Assembly: GCA_977016875.1 (NCBI GenBank)
Contig: CDRNST010000085.1
Location: 496,001-560,000 of the forward strand
DNA: 64,000 bases
Direction: 5' to 3'
Origin: Pavona decussata
Taxonomy: Eukaryota
Position 1 is the stretch's first letter; every line of letters begins with the position of its first letter. The position numbers and the translations under genes were made by a program. A model generated the notes under the pieces. It was not told where the DNA came from. It did no database searches and was given only the letters and a program-made list of their open reading frames with translations. Positions 26,689 to 38,699 of the stretch are shown here, in pieces.

Positions 26689-28055
26689 TTAACAAACAGC
26701 AAATTCACGAGACAATTGTTCAGATGTTCAATTTGATGAGTTTATATTATTCCTAAATCCTTATCCATCAATTATTCAAAGAGGCGATTTATCGATTTCC
26801 GTTCACCACTTTTGGTAAATTACCTCATCTGTTTGTTTTAACATGATATTAAATTTCTGCAGAGGTTTTTTCCACATTTGAACAATTGAAAATAAATTTT
26901 CTTGAATAAGATTTCCGCACCAAGCTATACCTACATGTAACCCCGATTTAATACAAGGTAAAAATCTGGAGTGGCCTTTTAGGACAATCCACAAAACTGC
27001 GATAAGCACATGTAAGTCTAGGTGCTAAAGGTGTTGGCAGACTTCATAATGTAAATTTTAAAGCTTTTCTTAGGAGGAGCTGCATTTGCTCTTCAATGTG
27101 TTAGGTTGTGTCGGTTTTTCTATTTTGGAATAGAGGTGCAGGATCGGCTTATAATTCAAGACAAGCAAGTCAGATTGACAACTTTCTCCGCCGTGCATAT
27201 AGGTTGGTTTTATTCTTGAGCCTATGGAATATGGATAGTTAGTAATATGCGCTACCTGATATGTTAAGAGAACTATAACCGCCGCTCAGTACTCATCCTC
27301 GAAGATCCTTGTGACAGAAAGTCGGGAAAGGGCGAGATAAAGGGTTAAGTCAAAGCGTCCGCGATGTCAGCCGTAATGGTTATGCGCTGAGTTTAGTATT
27401 TAAACCTACAGCAGGAATGTTAAGCGGTACGTAGGTCGGGCACAACATTTGGCAAGGAGTATTTAAAGTACCAGTTTGTTGAATGTGAAATTAAAATCAA
27501 TTCGAACTCGATCTTATGAATTTCTCGATGCTAGAAAAGTTGATCAAGCACTCCTGAGGCTTCAAAAAAGCAAAGCACCATGCATAAGATTCTATGAATT
27601 TGGTGTCACTTCAAAATGTATTTTTAAATTTGTGTCTATAGTTTAGTACCAGTTAGATAAACTTTTGCTTTGCATCTATAAGGACAGCAGTTTTGCAAAT
27701 CACTCCATGTTAATTCAAATACGAAGTTGAAAAAAGGCGTCAAATAGTTTAGTTACAAACCTCGGCAGGTATCTCTGATGCTGGTATAATGCGCTTGGCA
27801 GTCTAACAAACGTTTCCTACTTTCATCCGTGAACACACATGCCATTATTTCAGTTTTGTTTTAAGTTTTGAAAACTTCTCATATGAAACTCACCGGAAAA
27901 CGGACAAACCCAATCAATCTTTAAAATTGCTCGAATAGTAACCTCACATTCCATTTCTTTCACAGTCAAAGATCCAGCTTAGAGTCATTGAAGCGAGTGA
28001 TTGGCCAACCTTGCAGCTTACCTAAAGAAATTATCTTCTGGTGAATCAACCCAAA

Positions 28056-29090
28056 ATGGAGGCAGACTTCAACGCTTCCACGGTCCTTAGTCCAACAGTT
28101 CGCCACTCTATCGCCTTCATTTACTTCTTCTTGTCGCTGGCATCAGTTACACTTAACTCAATCGTCATCCTCACCTTCGTGCTGGACCGTTCGCTCCTTT
28201 TCCCAGCCAATCTCATAGTCATCAGCATAGCCATTTCTGATTGGTTAATGGGCGCGGTGATGGATATAATGGGTGGCGTTGTTAACGCGTCACAGGATTG
28301 GTCGTTCGGTGGAACAACTTGTACTTTCTACGCCTTCTTCAGTTCTCTGCTTGGTCTGGGCACCATGTTACATCACGGAGCGTTCGCCCTGGACAGGTAC
28401 TTGGTAATATCTCGGCCAATGAAAGCCAATCATTCTATGAAACGCATCTTGTCGGTTATTGCTCTTCTGTGGCTCTTTGCCCTTATTTGGGCACTGCTTC
28501 CTCTGTTGGGTTGGTCAGCCTATGGCCCCGAAGGTGGTAACGTCGCCTGTTCCATTCAATGGCAGTCAAGCCGCTCAACCGATACGTCTTTCATAATTTG
28601 CCTGTTCATCTTCTTTTACTTCATCCCTCTGTCCATAATCGTGACTTGTTACACCTTTATGTTCAAGAACGTTAGTTACATGACAAAGAACGCTCAAAGG
28701 ATCTGGGGTGCAAACGCGGCGGCCACTCTGGAAACCGTCCAAGCTTCGTGGAAGATGGCAAAAATCGGTCTTATTATGGTCGTCGCGTTCTTCTTCGCGT
28801 GGACCCCATACGCAGTCGTGTCGTTCTACTCAGCTTTCGGTTCCGCTGGCGCCATCCCGATTGTCGTGGAAGCCATCCCTTCACTATTTGCAAAGACATC
28901 TAATATATATAACCCGATCATCTACTTTTTCAGCTACAAATCATTTCGCGAGAGCTTGCTGAAATTGTGGCGACGTTATCGCACTCGAAACACGGTTCAG
29001 CCATTTGACGCCAGCGGAACAGGTTTTGTTGTCGCCAGCAGGAACAGTAGAACGTTTGATTCCACATCAGTTGAAGAAATTCACGTGTAA
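28056..29090 (+). CDS. cnidarian opsin (cnidopsin/acropsin-like 7TM photoreceptor), 344 aa, intronless CDS
   Basis: Seven hydrophobic helices, DRY, AWTPYAV and the retinal-binding lysine in PSLFAK(296)TSNIYNPIIY (codon 28893-95). Also the C110/C187 pair, E181 in YGPEG and RNTVQP tail. First ATG (AAAATGG) at 28056. Likely 5'UTR splice acceptor TTTCTTTCACAG ending 27965. Confidence 0.95.
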   Translation: MEADFNASTVLSPTVRHSIAFIYFFLSLASVTLNSIVILTFVLDRSLLFPANLIVISIAISDWLMGAVMDIMGGVVNASQDWSFGGTTCTFYAFFSSLLGLGTMLHHGAFALDRYLVISRPMKANHSMKRILSVIALLWLFALIWALLPLLGWSAYGPEGGNVACSIQWQSSRSTDTSFIICLFIFFYFIPLSIIVTCYTFMFKNVSYMTKNAQRIWGANAAATLETVQASWKMAKIGLIMVVAFFFAWTPYAVVSFYSAFGSAGAIPIVVEAIPSLFAKTSNIYNPIIYFFSYKSFRESLLKLWRRYRTRNTVQPFDASGTGFVVASRNSRTFDSTSVEEIHV

Positions 29091-29179
29091 CTGATTGACG
29101 CTACAGTACTGACGTCGATTTGATTCCACTGAATTATGTTGCGTTCGGACACTGCACGTCTTTCTGAGTATCAATTGAT

Positions 29180-29875
29180 TAGGGACTACAAGAAACAACG
29201 ACGCCGAAGGCAAAGAACTGTTCAGACGAGGTGCTCATGCCAGGGCACTAGTACTGTGCCCGAGCACTAAAAAGGACGTCACGGTTCAGACTCCTTGATG
29301 CCCAAGGAGCAATCGTGTTCTCCTTCGTCAATTTAGCGCCCGCTGTTTTGTTGCTGTATCGAAGGGAGGCATGAAGAAAAAACGTGGGAACTGACAAAAT
29401 CCTGTTCAGACCAGCGTTCGCGCCCAGGAGCAGTACCTGAATACTATCCTTGGAGGTATTGTCCGTGCCCGGGCAAGGGCTCTCTTCAGACTTGTGCTCG
29501 TGCCCGAGAACCGAACACGGGCGACGGTAATGCCAACAAAAAAGTCACTTGAAAATAAAAGTTCGTGTTTACTTGTACAACTTCGCGATTATTCCAAATT
29601 CGTTCAAATTCAGTACAATGCGGCTGAACTATCCAGTAACAGAACGGGTGGGAACGGCGTTCAAGTTGAGACAGCGAATGAAAAATTTACCCTCATGTGC
29701 TTGCGCTCTCCACAAAACATTGAATGTGGTCATTTCATGCTGTTGTTTGGCCGAGTGCAGAGAAGAAATGTACCAAAATTCAAAACGCACGTGCAGGGCC
29801 TTTGTTTTTCTCATCAAATCCTATAGTTTCGTGACGTTTTCGTCGCCGTCGCCAGAGTGGCTTCTTAAACTCCTT
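29180..29875. mobile_element. MITE (AGGGA..ACGACG.. / ..CGTCGCC..CTCC family) with a second GTTCAGAC/GCCCGGGC-rich element nested in it, just 3' of the opsin
   Basis: Imperfect TIR ends. Related termini at ~42608 and 57190-57236. Confidence 0.55.
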
Positions 29876-30339
29876 GTTATCATTCGGAAGCCGAGAATGA
29901 AACGGAAGACAAAATCTGGCGCAGGTATATATTCGAACAATGTCGTTCCCCAGAAGGTAATGTCCGGCGAAGGAAAGATTGGGAACGAGGAACAATTGAG
30001 ACATTGAATTTTTGGTTACAAAAACCTAACTGTAAACTATTGTTGCAAAAAAATTGTGCCAGCAAACCAAACGTCTTTATTCATTGTATATTAAGGTGAG
30101 TGACCTCAGATTAATCCTGTATGTCTATATATATAACAGTGATTCATAACAAGGTTTATAAGAAAATTCCTCGTTTTATTGGTAATTCCTGGTGATTCAT
30201 GTTATGTGGCACGAACTAATTGTTGTTAAATTGAAGACTGAATTCCAAATTCGTAAATTGCAACATAGAGTTCTTGTCCAGTTAAACAATGGCTTGGAGT
30301 TTGAAATTGCCTTAATTATAATGCCAATTAATAATAATA

Positions 30340-30347
30340 TTAATAGC

Positions 30348-30380
<33 letters not shown>

Positions 30381-30860
30381 GTATTTTTGGCGCAGTCTCC
30401 TTATAGATAGTCGAATGCGCTTTACAGGATTGAAGGGAAACTTAGTTAAAAAGCTAGCAATTAAAAGTAAACCCTACGTTGTAAGATCTAAGAATAACGA
30501 CAATTAACTTAAAAAAACTATTTAAGACTAAATTAAAACATTAAAAATATGAAAGGTACGTGGACTATGTAAATGAGTGATGTTTTAAGCTTTGATTTAA
30601 AAATGTCAACGGAAGTTGAACCTCACAGCCCGAGTGGCAGTTCGTTCCATAGCTTTGGAACCGCACACGAGAACGCTCGGTCGATCTTTCCGAGTGGGAA
30701 AAGAGAATGCCGTTATTGTTTCTTCGGAGGTTACATTGGCTTGCCGGAAATACTGCAATGAGAGCGACGAGGTCATGTAGTACGTTTCCAGGTGACACCC
30801 AACCAAAATGTTGCTTAATTAAATTGTTGATGGGTACTCTCGCACTTAAAATGTACATCT
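30340..30860 (-). mobile_element. 3' fragment of L2/CR1-clade LINE with (TTA)n tail
   Basis: - strand reads DRAFSCAVPKLWNELP...STSVDIFKSKLKT, a typical ORF2 C-terminus, followed by a 3'UTR and a microsatellite tail. Confidence 0.7.
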
Positions 30861-32194
30861 TGTAAAAAGCCGTTAAAAAGGAAGAGACAACGAGGCCCAA
30901 CACAATAGAGAAATCTATCCCATAGCTTTAATTTAAATGGTGGTTTAATCCAGGTATTCAGAAGGTAGAATCACCTTGTATAGCGTTAAGAACAGTAGCA
31001 ATAATAAAGGATAATATAAATGTTTTTTATAGTGTGAGAGAAGTATCTATAAAGTGACAATTCTAAGAAAAGTAAAAAGAAACTTTTTTTCAGTTTTGAA
31101 GAAATGTTCCGGCAGTTTCTACTGTCATCGGCCGTACAGGGTTGGATTTCAAATACATGTTTAGAACTAGTTAAAACTGCTAACGACAATAGTGACAAAA
31201 GAACCAAAGAATATGCAACTGGGCTTAGTGAACACTGCCTGTTAATTTGTCGGAAACATAGTGATCTAACTAACCCGCCGCTAATAGTAACAGCTATCTG
31301 CGAGTTAGTGTAATCCTTTGCGCACCCAGTGAAGAGAACGAATTAAATTGTGATAAAACCTTTCTTTGCCGTGAATGAAGGGTGGGGAGGGAAGGGAAGG
31401 GGAGAGGGGGGAAATCCCCCCACACGCAACTTGAACATTTTAAGCATGGAAGCAAAACCCACCAAGTTTGCGACGTTTTCTAGAGTTAATCTGGGAACAA
31501 ATTTATGTGACATGGCAGCAAATGATGACGAAATAGCTTTAATTTTCATTTTCATATCAGTTATCAGTTTTAAGTTTGTTTTTGATTTGGTCAAGCTCGG
31601 TGGTTTCAAACGTTAATGAAAAATAAAGAAATGCATGATGTCAGATGCAAGATGGTCACCCTTAAAAACTCATGACGTAAACACCACTTTATGCGATATA
31701 GTGATTATGTCATTAGTTCTCATCAGCCACAATCTTGGATTTCTCCATTCTCTTAACCTGGAATTCGTCATTGTTGACAAATTCAACAACGAACGACAAT
31801 AAAATGTAAAACTGTAAACTTAACGATGATGACTTTTTTTCATTAAACGACGAAAACAAGAAATCAAAAATCCGAAAAGATTATGCCTGTTAATAATTGC
31901 TTACATGGAAACTTTAAGACACGTGAACGATGAAATCACGACGATGTGGCACTTCAACCTTGTTCTCGGGCTCCATCGAGGAGTGTTTTGAAAAGTCATG
32001 TGATAAAATCGCCCAACCTGATTAGTTGACTTTACTGGCGATTTGCAGCGATGAGCGCAGAAAATCGCGGGAACGGGCACACTTGGCAAATGCCGGCGAA
32101 TTTAATCGCCGATATCTGACATGCCAGATATCGGCGATTTTAAAAGCTAGTTGTTTTCCTTTATGCTAAAGTAGGCTAATGAGCCGGTAAACAA

Positions 32195-32546
32195 CACTTA
32201 TCAGCACTGAGACACACGTACCATCCCCGTGGTATGGCCAAACAGGCCAATACCGTACGCATGCACACAACCATATCACCCAGGCAGTGGCAGCCATGGA
32301 CACCTGTTTCGCCCTTATTGGGGCTCATCAGCATGGCATAGCCGTCGGGTCAAGGGGCGGGAGTAAACCTCCGTATCGGTGACCCTTTACTGCCAAGGCG
32401 AGTGCATAGCACTCCTTTAAGCGCCAGCTCCACCGTAAGTATTGTTTACAATTTATTTTGAGCACACAGGTCTGTAAGTGATCCCATCCCCATACGCATT
32501 GCCGTGGGAGAACTGTTTTGCGGTTCCCAACCAACAGCTATCACTT
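32195..32546 (-). mobile_element. retrozyme monomer (~347 nt) carrying a type I hammerhead ribozyme
   Basis: - strand begins AAGTGATAG and ends TGATAAGTG, a 347-nt period, and contains a hammerhead core. Confidence 0.75.
32293..32337 (-). ncRNA. type I hammerhead ribozyme (stem III variant CAGGTG)
   Basis: GCCATG-CTGATGA-GCCCCAATAAGGGC-GAAA-CAGGTGTC-CATGGC on the - strand. Confidence 0.85.
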
Positions 32547-32548
32547 GC

Positions 32549-32782
32549 CTACGGTGGAGATGGCGCTTAAAGGAGTGCTATGCACTCGCCTGGGCATGAA
32601 AGGGTCTCCGATACGCGGGTTTACTCCCGCTCCTTGACCCGACGGCTATGCCATGCTGATGAGCCCCAATAAGGGCGAAACAGCTGTCCATGGCTGCCAC
32701 TGCCCAGGTGACATGGTTGTGCGCATGCGTACGGTATTGGCCATACCACGGGGATGGTACGTGTGTCTCAGTGCTGATAAGT
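32549..32782 (+). mobile_element. partial retrozyme copy inverted relative to 32195-32546
   Basis: Reverse complement of 32196-32438, with scattered substitutions and one small indel. Confidence 0.85.
32650..32694 (+). ncRNA. type I hammerhead ribozyme
   Basis: Stem I GCCATG/CATGGC, core CTGATGA, stem II GCCC-CAATAA-GGGC, GAAA, short palindromic stem III (A)CAGCTG(T), GTC cleavage triplet (predicted cut after 32688). Confidence 0.9.
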
Positions 32783-33512
32783 ATTATTAATGAGGGTAAA
32801 CATGTCAACAAAGATCCACCTATTAGATATACAGTTGCAGGTGTGCAAGGAAAAGTGATTTTGAGGTTAGAATTCTACTAGTACTGTTTCTTTTACAGTG
32901 CGATGCGCGTAAAATACAAAACGACATGTTTGCAATAATTCGTTGTTGCGTCACTTGCCTGTTGGAGGCGTGACCGTTAATCAAATTCGCGTATCCTGAT
33001 TGGCTAACTTGTAAAAAAAAAGGTTTGTTGGGTGGCCACGGTAAGGCGCGTCGCACTGTAACAGTCAAAACCAGTTTTTAAAGGTTATGAAATAAAATGA
33101 AGCTTATTGTCTTTGTACCCAGTTACCACTGGAAACGTCCAAACGGCTTAAACGAGGCCTGTTACAGGGGTAGACAGTCCTAGACAATATACTGTTTTCT
33201 TAAGCAATATCATTTGCATGTGTTAGTGGATCTTGCCGATATTTGGAAGTTGTGGAAATCGACTGTTTTTTTATCCAAAATCTGCTTTTCCTAACCCTGG
33301 GGCCAGGTTAGAAAGAAAAAATTGCTGTCTTATCGCTTATAACCCTCGTACGCTTTCGAGTACGTTGAACCAACTCGAACTTTCTCACCCTCAGTGAGTT
33401 TCTTTAATTATCACTTTCTTAGATCCCTAATCACGGTTAAGATCTTTCATGGAGTCTCATGGGCTCTCAAATACATGTATTGTAAATTCTTAGCTTGACA
33501 ATTTTTTCATTT

Positions 33513-33690
33513 GGGTGAGCAGGGATGACGCAGTGGTGAGAGTACTCGTCTCTCACCAATGTGGCACGGGTTCGATTCCCGGACTCGGTGTCGATATATA
33601 CTCTAGTTTGCCCCTCTACTCAAAAACCAACATTTCTAAGTTCCAATTCCCAAATTAGTGCTCTACGCTAAATACAATGACACTTAAAAT
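33513..33690 (+). mobile_element. tRNA-derived SINE (internally deleted)
   Basis: A box TGACGCAGTGGTG and B box GGTTCGATTCC. Paralogous copies at 41125-41332 (-) and 49760-50006 (-). Confidence 0.8.
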
Positions 33691-35181
33691 AAAGTGGTTT
33701 ATTTATTTTTATTTCGTTGTTCCAGTTTCACTCAGGCTTGGTTTGGTATTTTTCATCTTGTAAGAAAACTAGAGAACATCATCTAAATTGTGAAAAATTT
33801 ACCAACCTAAATTACAAAAAAATAGGTAAATTATTCAGTTCGTTCAGCTCTAGCACTGAGATTTTTTCGTTTGGCCGAGCAAAGTTTCCTAAAATTTATT
33901 TAAAACCTTTTATAATTCTGACAAAAAAAAAAAAAAAAAGAAAAAAAGAGAAAGAAAAAAAATCACCGTCGTGTGCCCACGTTCTCGTTAAAAAGTAAAT
34001 GGTCGTTTCACGTTTTTATTTTACAGCGGTCGTCAAAGAAATGCAATAGAAAGTCAGTATAGCGCACGTAATTTTTAAAGAACCACTGTTTTTCTCATTA
34101 AACCTTATTTTTTACGTTCTGCTTCCCGCCAACGTCGTGTTTGCGACAAAAAACACTACCCCACGCACGCTGACGTAAGCTGCATCAGACCACAACTAAA
34201 CTGATTGGTCAATCCATACAGACCAGCTGTACCCACGTGCTCACGAACCCGATCGATTGTCTCTTAACTCTGCAGCGTCCTTGGGCGTTCCGTCGAAACA
34301 ATTTTTTTTTATCAAAATCAAAAGAAAAAAAAAATGAATGGATTCTCTCTTTTCATTTTTAATATCTTTGCTGGGAAACTAAATTGAAAATAAAAATCAA
34401 ATATTGATAAGGTTATCAAAATTGCTGCATCTTAAGCTTATATTCATTTGGTATGAAAATTGAATATTGCATGGCAAAGTTTCAATTTTCGTTTGAGAAC
34501 GAACAACATAGTTGAAAGGCGGTCATAGTTTTCTCAGTAACCTTCGAACAAAAACTTTGGAAGCTACCATTTTTGTATAATGAAAATGGGGAAATTGACA
34601 AAAACTGCTGAGGAGAGGAACAAAACACTAAAGGTAGACAAAGCGAGCCCAAAATACACTGGGATAGGAGGGGTGTCAAGTTATCACGGACCTGATAACC
34701 CAGTAAAACATGGCGGCTACAACATCAAGAGGTTTTCAGTGTACGAAAAGATTTTAAGTGACTAACTTTTTTGCGAGCCTATTCTGGCCGTGAGAAGGAC
34801 ACAGTTAAGAAGTGGAGATGAATACGTCTGTCTCGTGGTGGGCCGACGGCCTCGCTGGGCCTGATTTCCAGATGCAGCAGTACATATCTTTTAAGGATAT
34901 TTAATTTTATTTCAGTGAGTTTTCGCAAAAATTCGAAATGTTGGTTGTGCTTCGTTGAAAAAAGGCTAAAGTAAGTGATATTTGTAACCGTTTAACTACA
35001 TAGCTACTTAATTAACAACTCAACACAAAGGTATTTTTTTTTCACTTAGAATTATTTTATTCCCATAAATATTGAAACAAGTGACTGTAGTTCAAATACA
35101 TGAATTTCACATTTTCGCTTCTTTTACAATAACCCAAGCTCTTAACAATGTGCGAGTTTATGTTCGCAACTCAAGACAATA

Positions 35182-35310
35182 TGTTGTGGTTCAATTTTAT
35201 CCTTGGTTTAATTTTTATTTCCCATTGTTTTGAACTCATTATCATACATTACCATACCCCAAAACAAAGGGAAATAAAATTTAAACCAAGGATAAAATTG
35301 AACCACAACA
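35182..35310. mobile_element. 129-bp palindromic MITE in the 3'UTR of peptide gene copy 1
   Basis: TIRs TGTTGTGGTTCAATTTTATCCTTGGTTT / AAACCAAGGATAAAATTGAACCACAACA with AATA duplicated on both sides. The empty site in copy 2 is AGACAATACACTAG (~43651). Confidence 0.9.
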
Positions 35311-35411
35311 AATACACTAGATCAGACCGTGTAATTCCGGTCCCTCTTCGATTTATTATCTTACACTTCATTAATGGTGTTCTTCTCTTCGTAGTCTTTG
35401 GCTCACCACAT

Positions 35412-37312
35412 CTAATCGTCGAAGCCAGCCTTCCTCTCCAGCATATTCTGGTTTTTCTTTACCTGTAAAAATATATTTATTATAACTCAGTCAAATGACT
35501 CAGCTTGAACTGTGTCTGGTTCGCCTTTGTTGGTGGAGGATTTTGGTACCACAACATGATAGATGACTGATCCATAATTGGTGCGCTTGTAGGGTGGGTG
35601 AATACTAAATGGCAGTATTCTATTCACTACATGACATTTCGTTCTTTGACGTAATTTGGAAACTGGAAATTCTAAGGATATGAATGTGCAAATTAAAATT
35701 TTCTGTAATTTAACCATTACGCTAAATAATCCAAACAAATCAGGTCCAGCTGTGTTAGGATACACAAATATCCATTTAAAAGGCTAGGAATTAAAACGAT
35801 CCTGGAAAGCCTGGAAACGACATTTGGAATATTTGTGGTAAATATTCTCGTTCGGTGCCCCAGAAAAAGCACTTATAGTTTCCAGTGTTATGACACTTGG
35901 ACGTCAAATTCCATTAGAAAACACGAAAGTTTTCTTTACTAGTAAATAAGAAAATCTGAACCGATTAAACCTTTCGAATGAGAATACTGAGAGAGTTTAA
36001 GAGTTTGCAAACTTAAGCAGCTGTTTTGCGCAGAAGACGACTTTACAAAGAGGTGCAATAATCTGAAAAAAACAAAAACAATGTAGAGACCAGTCCATAA
36101 TACAGTTCAGGAAGCTGTCTAGTAAGTACATGTATAAATCATCATCGTATGTTAGATTATAAATAAGGATTTGATCAACTGACTGAGTTAGGAGAATAAA
36201 ACTTACCATCTGGAAAGTTCGCTTCCTTCCACAGCAAGTGAATGAGGTAACCCCGCAAATGCACCCAGAAGCGACATTAGAGGGTCGCTGATGATTTGCG
36301 ATTTTAAGAGCAGTAGACGCATCATTCCCGTCTTCCTCTTGTTTTAGCTCGTCATCACCTGAGGCCAGTGTCTGAACGATAGGAGAGCAAAGTAAACTCA
36401 GCGAAAAAAAAAAATTGGGTGCCAACAGAAGCACCCTTTTTAAATAATTTGTAGTTGCAATATGTAGTAAGGGACAATTTGGCGTTCTAACTGAATAACT
36501 GGTATCAATAGTTTTCTTCAGGTTTAGACAATTTGGATTCCTGACTTTTTGGCAAATGAAATTCGGAAATCAAAAAGACTGAAAACAGTGTAGATAAGCC
36601 ATAAAAGTGATGTGGAACATTTCTTTTTATATAAAGCTTTAATGTAGCTCTTGGATTACGAGAGCTTAGTTCAATAATTCTTTACTCAAAATTGCGTTCT
36701 TAGTTCTTGCTGTTTAATTGCAATTATTAACTACAAAACACTACCTACGAGAGCAGACCTTAAATACTAAGAGTTACATTTTGTACAATAAGCATATAAC
36801 AAGTGTGTGTACATATTTAATTCTACATAATTACATAATTTCACTATTTTGCAAAAATTCAAAGTGTTGTTTGAACAACTTGAAAACTCTGAATTTGTGT
36901 CAAACTAACTTTTAAATATCCCAACCAACGAAGGCTTGCCTGACAGAAATATCAACAAAACGATTAAGAACACTTTGAGTGAAGGTTTAAAATGTTTGCT
37001 GAGTTACGTATAATTTTATCATTGGGTTTAAACGCGCCAGCAACATGAGCAAACCCGGAGAAACGTATATATATATAAAACTGAGAAAAAGCAAGTTACC
37101 TTTTTAAAACCATCTTGAGTTATAATTCCATTTAAAATAAACCTTAATTACCAATGAAGGCTAGAATACAAACCTACCTCTGGCTCTTGATTTAGAAACT
37201 CACGCACGTGGTGCTCATTTTGTTCGTCGCTGGCTTCAACAAACGCTCGCGAAAGTGTTACGTTAAAAATAAGAAAACTCGACAAGAGGCAGAAACTACG
37301 CAATTGAAACAT
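35412..37312 (-). CDS. secreted 4-Cys amidated prepropeptide, copy 1 (116 aa); exons 37312-37178, 36371-36207, 35462-35412
   Basis: MFQLRSFCLLSSFLIFNVTLSRAFVEASDEQNEHHVREFLNQEPE|TLASGDDELKQEEDGNDASTALKIANHQRPSNVASGCICGVTSFTCCGRKRTFQM|VKKNQNMLERKAGFDD*. Phase-0 GT/AG introns, TATAAAT upstream, AATAAA at 35061-56. Exons are indel-free against the paralogs. Confidence 0.85.
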
Positions 37313-37424
37313 TCTAGTTTTTTTTAACAAAAGCTTATTGCCAGTTGTAAGCGATTTAAGATTTCAAAACTGTAACTGAAGACTATTTCATTAGAGTGTT
37401 CCAGTTCTGAAAAACAGCCCACCA

Positions 37425-37601
37425 TTTATACTTGCTTTCAAATACCATATGCAGCAGATGTTTTGTCAGAGAGGTAGGGACGATATATCATGCACGTGAG
37501 CACGTGGGTACAGTTCGTCCTGTTGTTCTATTTTTCTCCAGAAAACGTGATCATTTGCCAACTTTCAAGCTATGAGGGGCTTCCTAATGACGTCTAGCGA
37601 C
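37425..37601 (-). promoter_or_regulatory. putative promoter of copy 1: TGACGTC motif, double E-box (37493-98, 37501-06), TATAAAT
   Basis: Conserved at the same distance from the ATG in copies 2 and 3. Confidence 0.55.
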
Positions 37602-38699
37602 CCAATTAGGTCTAATGGCCAACAATGCACCATTTTAGTGCGATGAATCATTTTGACATTTGCGGACCTTTTTTAATGCGCACAGTTTTAATTTCAATTT
37701 ACTTTTCCAATGGTGTCATCATGAACCCTGATAATATCACAAATAGTACGTCATTTCTAAATTAGTGATCCCTTACCTTTTTTGAGATTCATTTGTTTGA
37801 AGAAGTGTATATTTTTGTTAGCTTTTCTAAAAAAAATTCAAAACTTTCCATATCCGCTTCGGGAAAAAGAGGATAACAATTTACTTTTTAGTATGTGCCA
37901 TTTCTGATCATTGATGGCGAAGCATATTCATCTAGCTAGACCTCTTTTGGGGTAGTTTTTTTTCAATTTTCATTTTTCAAGAAATGTTTATACGATAAAG
38001 GAAAACTATACCCTGGCTAATGGTACCCTACTTCGTTGAAATATAAAGACAACAAGAAAATTGTGGCATGTAATTAAAAACTTCGCACCCATTCAATCAC
38101 AGGTCCATTGATGGACTTTGCCCTGGGCGAATAAGTTTTAGTTATTAAAAAAGCGTTGATCAACCAACAAACAGAAATGACAACCAGCATGAAACGAATT
38201 TAGGTACCTCAATTACATTGTACAAGGTGGAGCGTTTTTACTGTACTACTCAAAGGGATCTTATAATGTCAATATACACACCACGAACTTTTAATTCTTT
38301 AATCACAGAAATGAAGTCTGTTGAATATTGTGATTTGTAAAACGTCCATTGCTTGTGTATAAATTCACTTACTATTTTTGGTCCAAAGACCGGTTATCCA
38401 TCGAGTGTCGAAAATAATTTCACGTTTGCTTCTCTTTTGCTATACTTCGCCCTGTCATTGGTTACTTCTGTTAGCAAATTCGCGTCACGTTCTCAACCAA
38501 TGAGAGACAAAACCAAAACCCGATCGTCACTTACTCGCACGCGTTTTCCCGGTTACACGTATTTGACTTCGAGTCCTGATTGGTCCATTGTAGTGTTTAC
38601 GTGTTTTTCTTTTTTTTGCTATTGGTCAAAGTAATTACTTTGGTTGTGGTTCTACGATAGTCAGTCCGTGCGCCTCATCATGGTTTTCGATTGAATTTG

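Noticed and set aside
28298-28962. Alternative-frame ORFs inside the opsin, and the GTG start at 28041
   Set aside because: Shadow frames of a GC-richer CDS; the ATG at 28056 is the plausible eukaryotic start.
32328-32881. Short ORFs within the inverted repeat
   Set aside because: Explained by the GC-rich non-coding retrozyme sequence.
33513-33590. tRNA genes (also 41270-41332, 49940-50006, 23245-23290)
   Set aside because: A/B boxes are followed by SINE body sequence and there is no complete cloverleaf or acceptor stem.
36207-36371. Assignment to SCRiPs, damicornin/AmAMP1, ShK or Kunitz toxins, or classical RFamide/LWamide neuropeptides
   Set aside because: Only four Cys in C-x-C-x6-CC spacing, a non-cationic core and a single peptide copy per precursor; no diagnostic motif of those families.
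35997-36434. Single-exon 145-aa secreted protein as given in the ORF track
   Set aside because: Its hydrophobic N-terminus is the translated polypyrimidine tract and its C-terminus is intron. Only 36371-36207 is conserved in frame in the paralogs.
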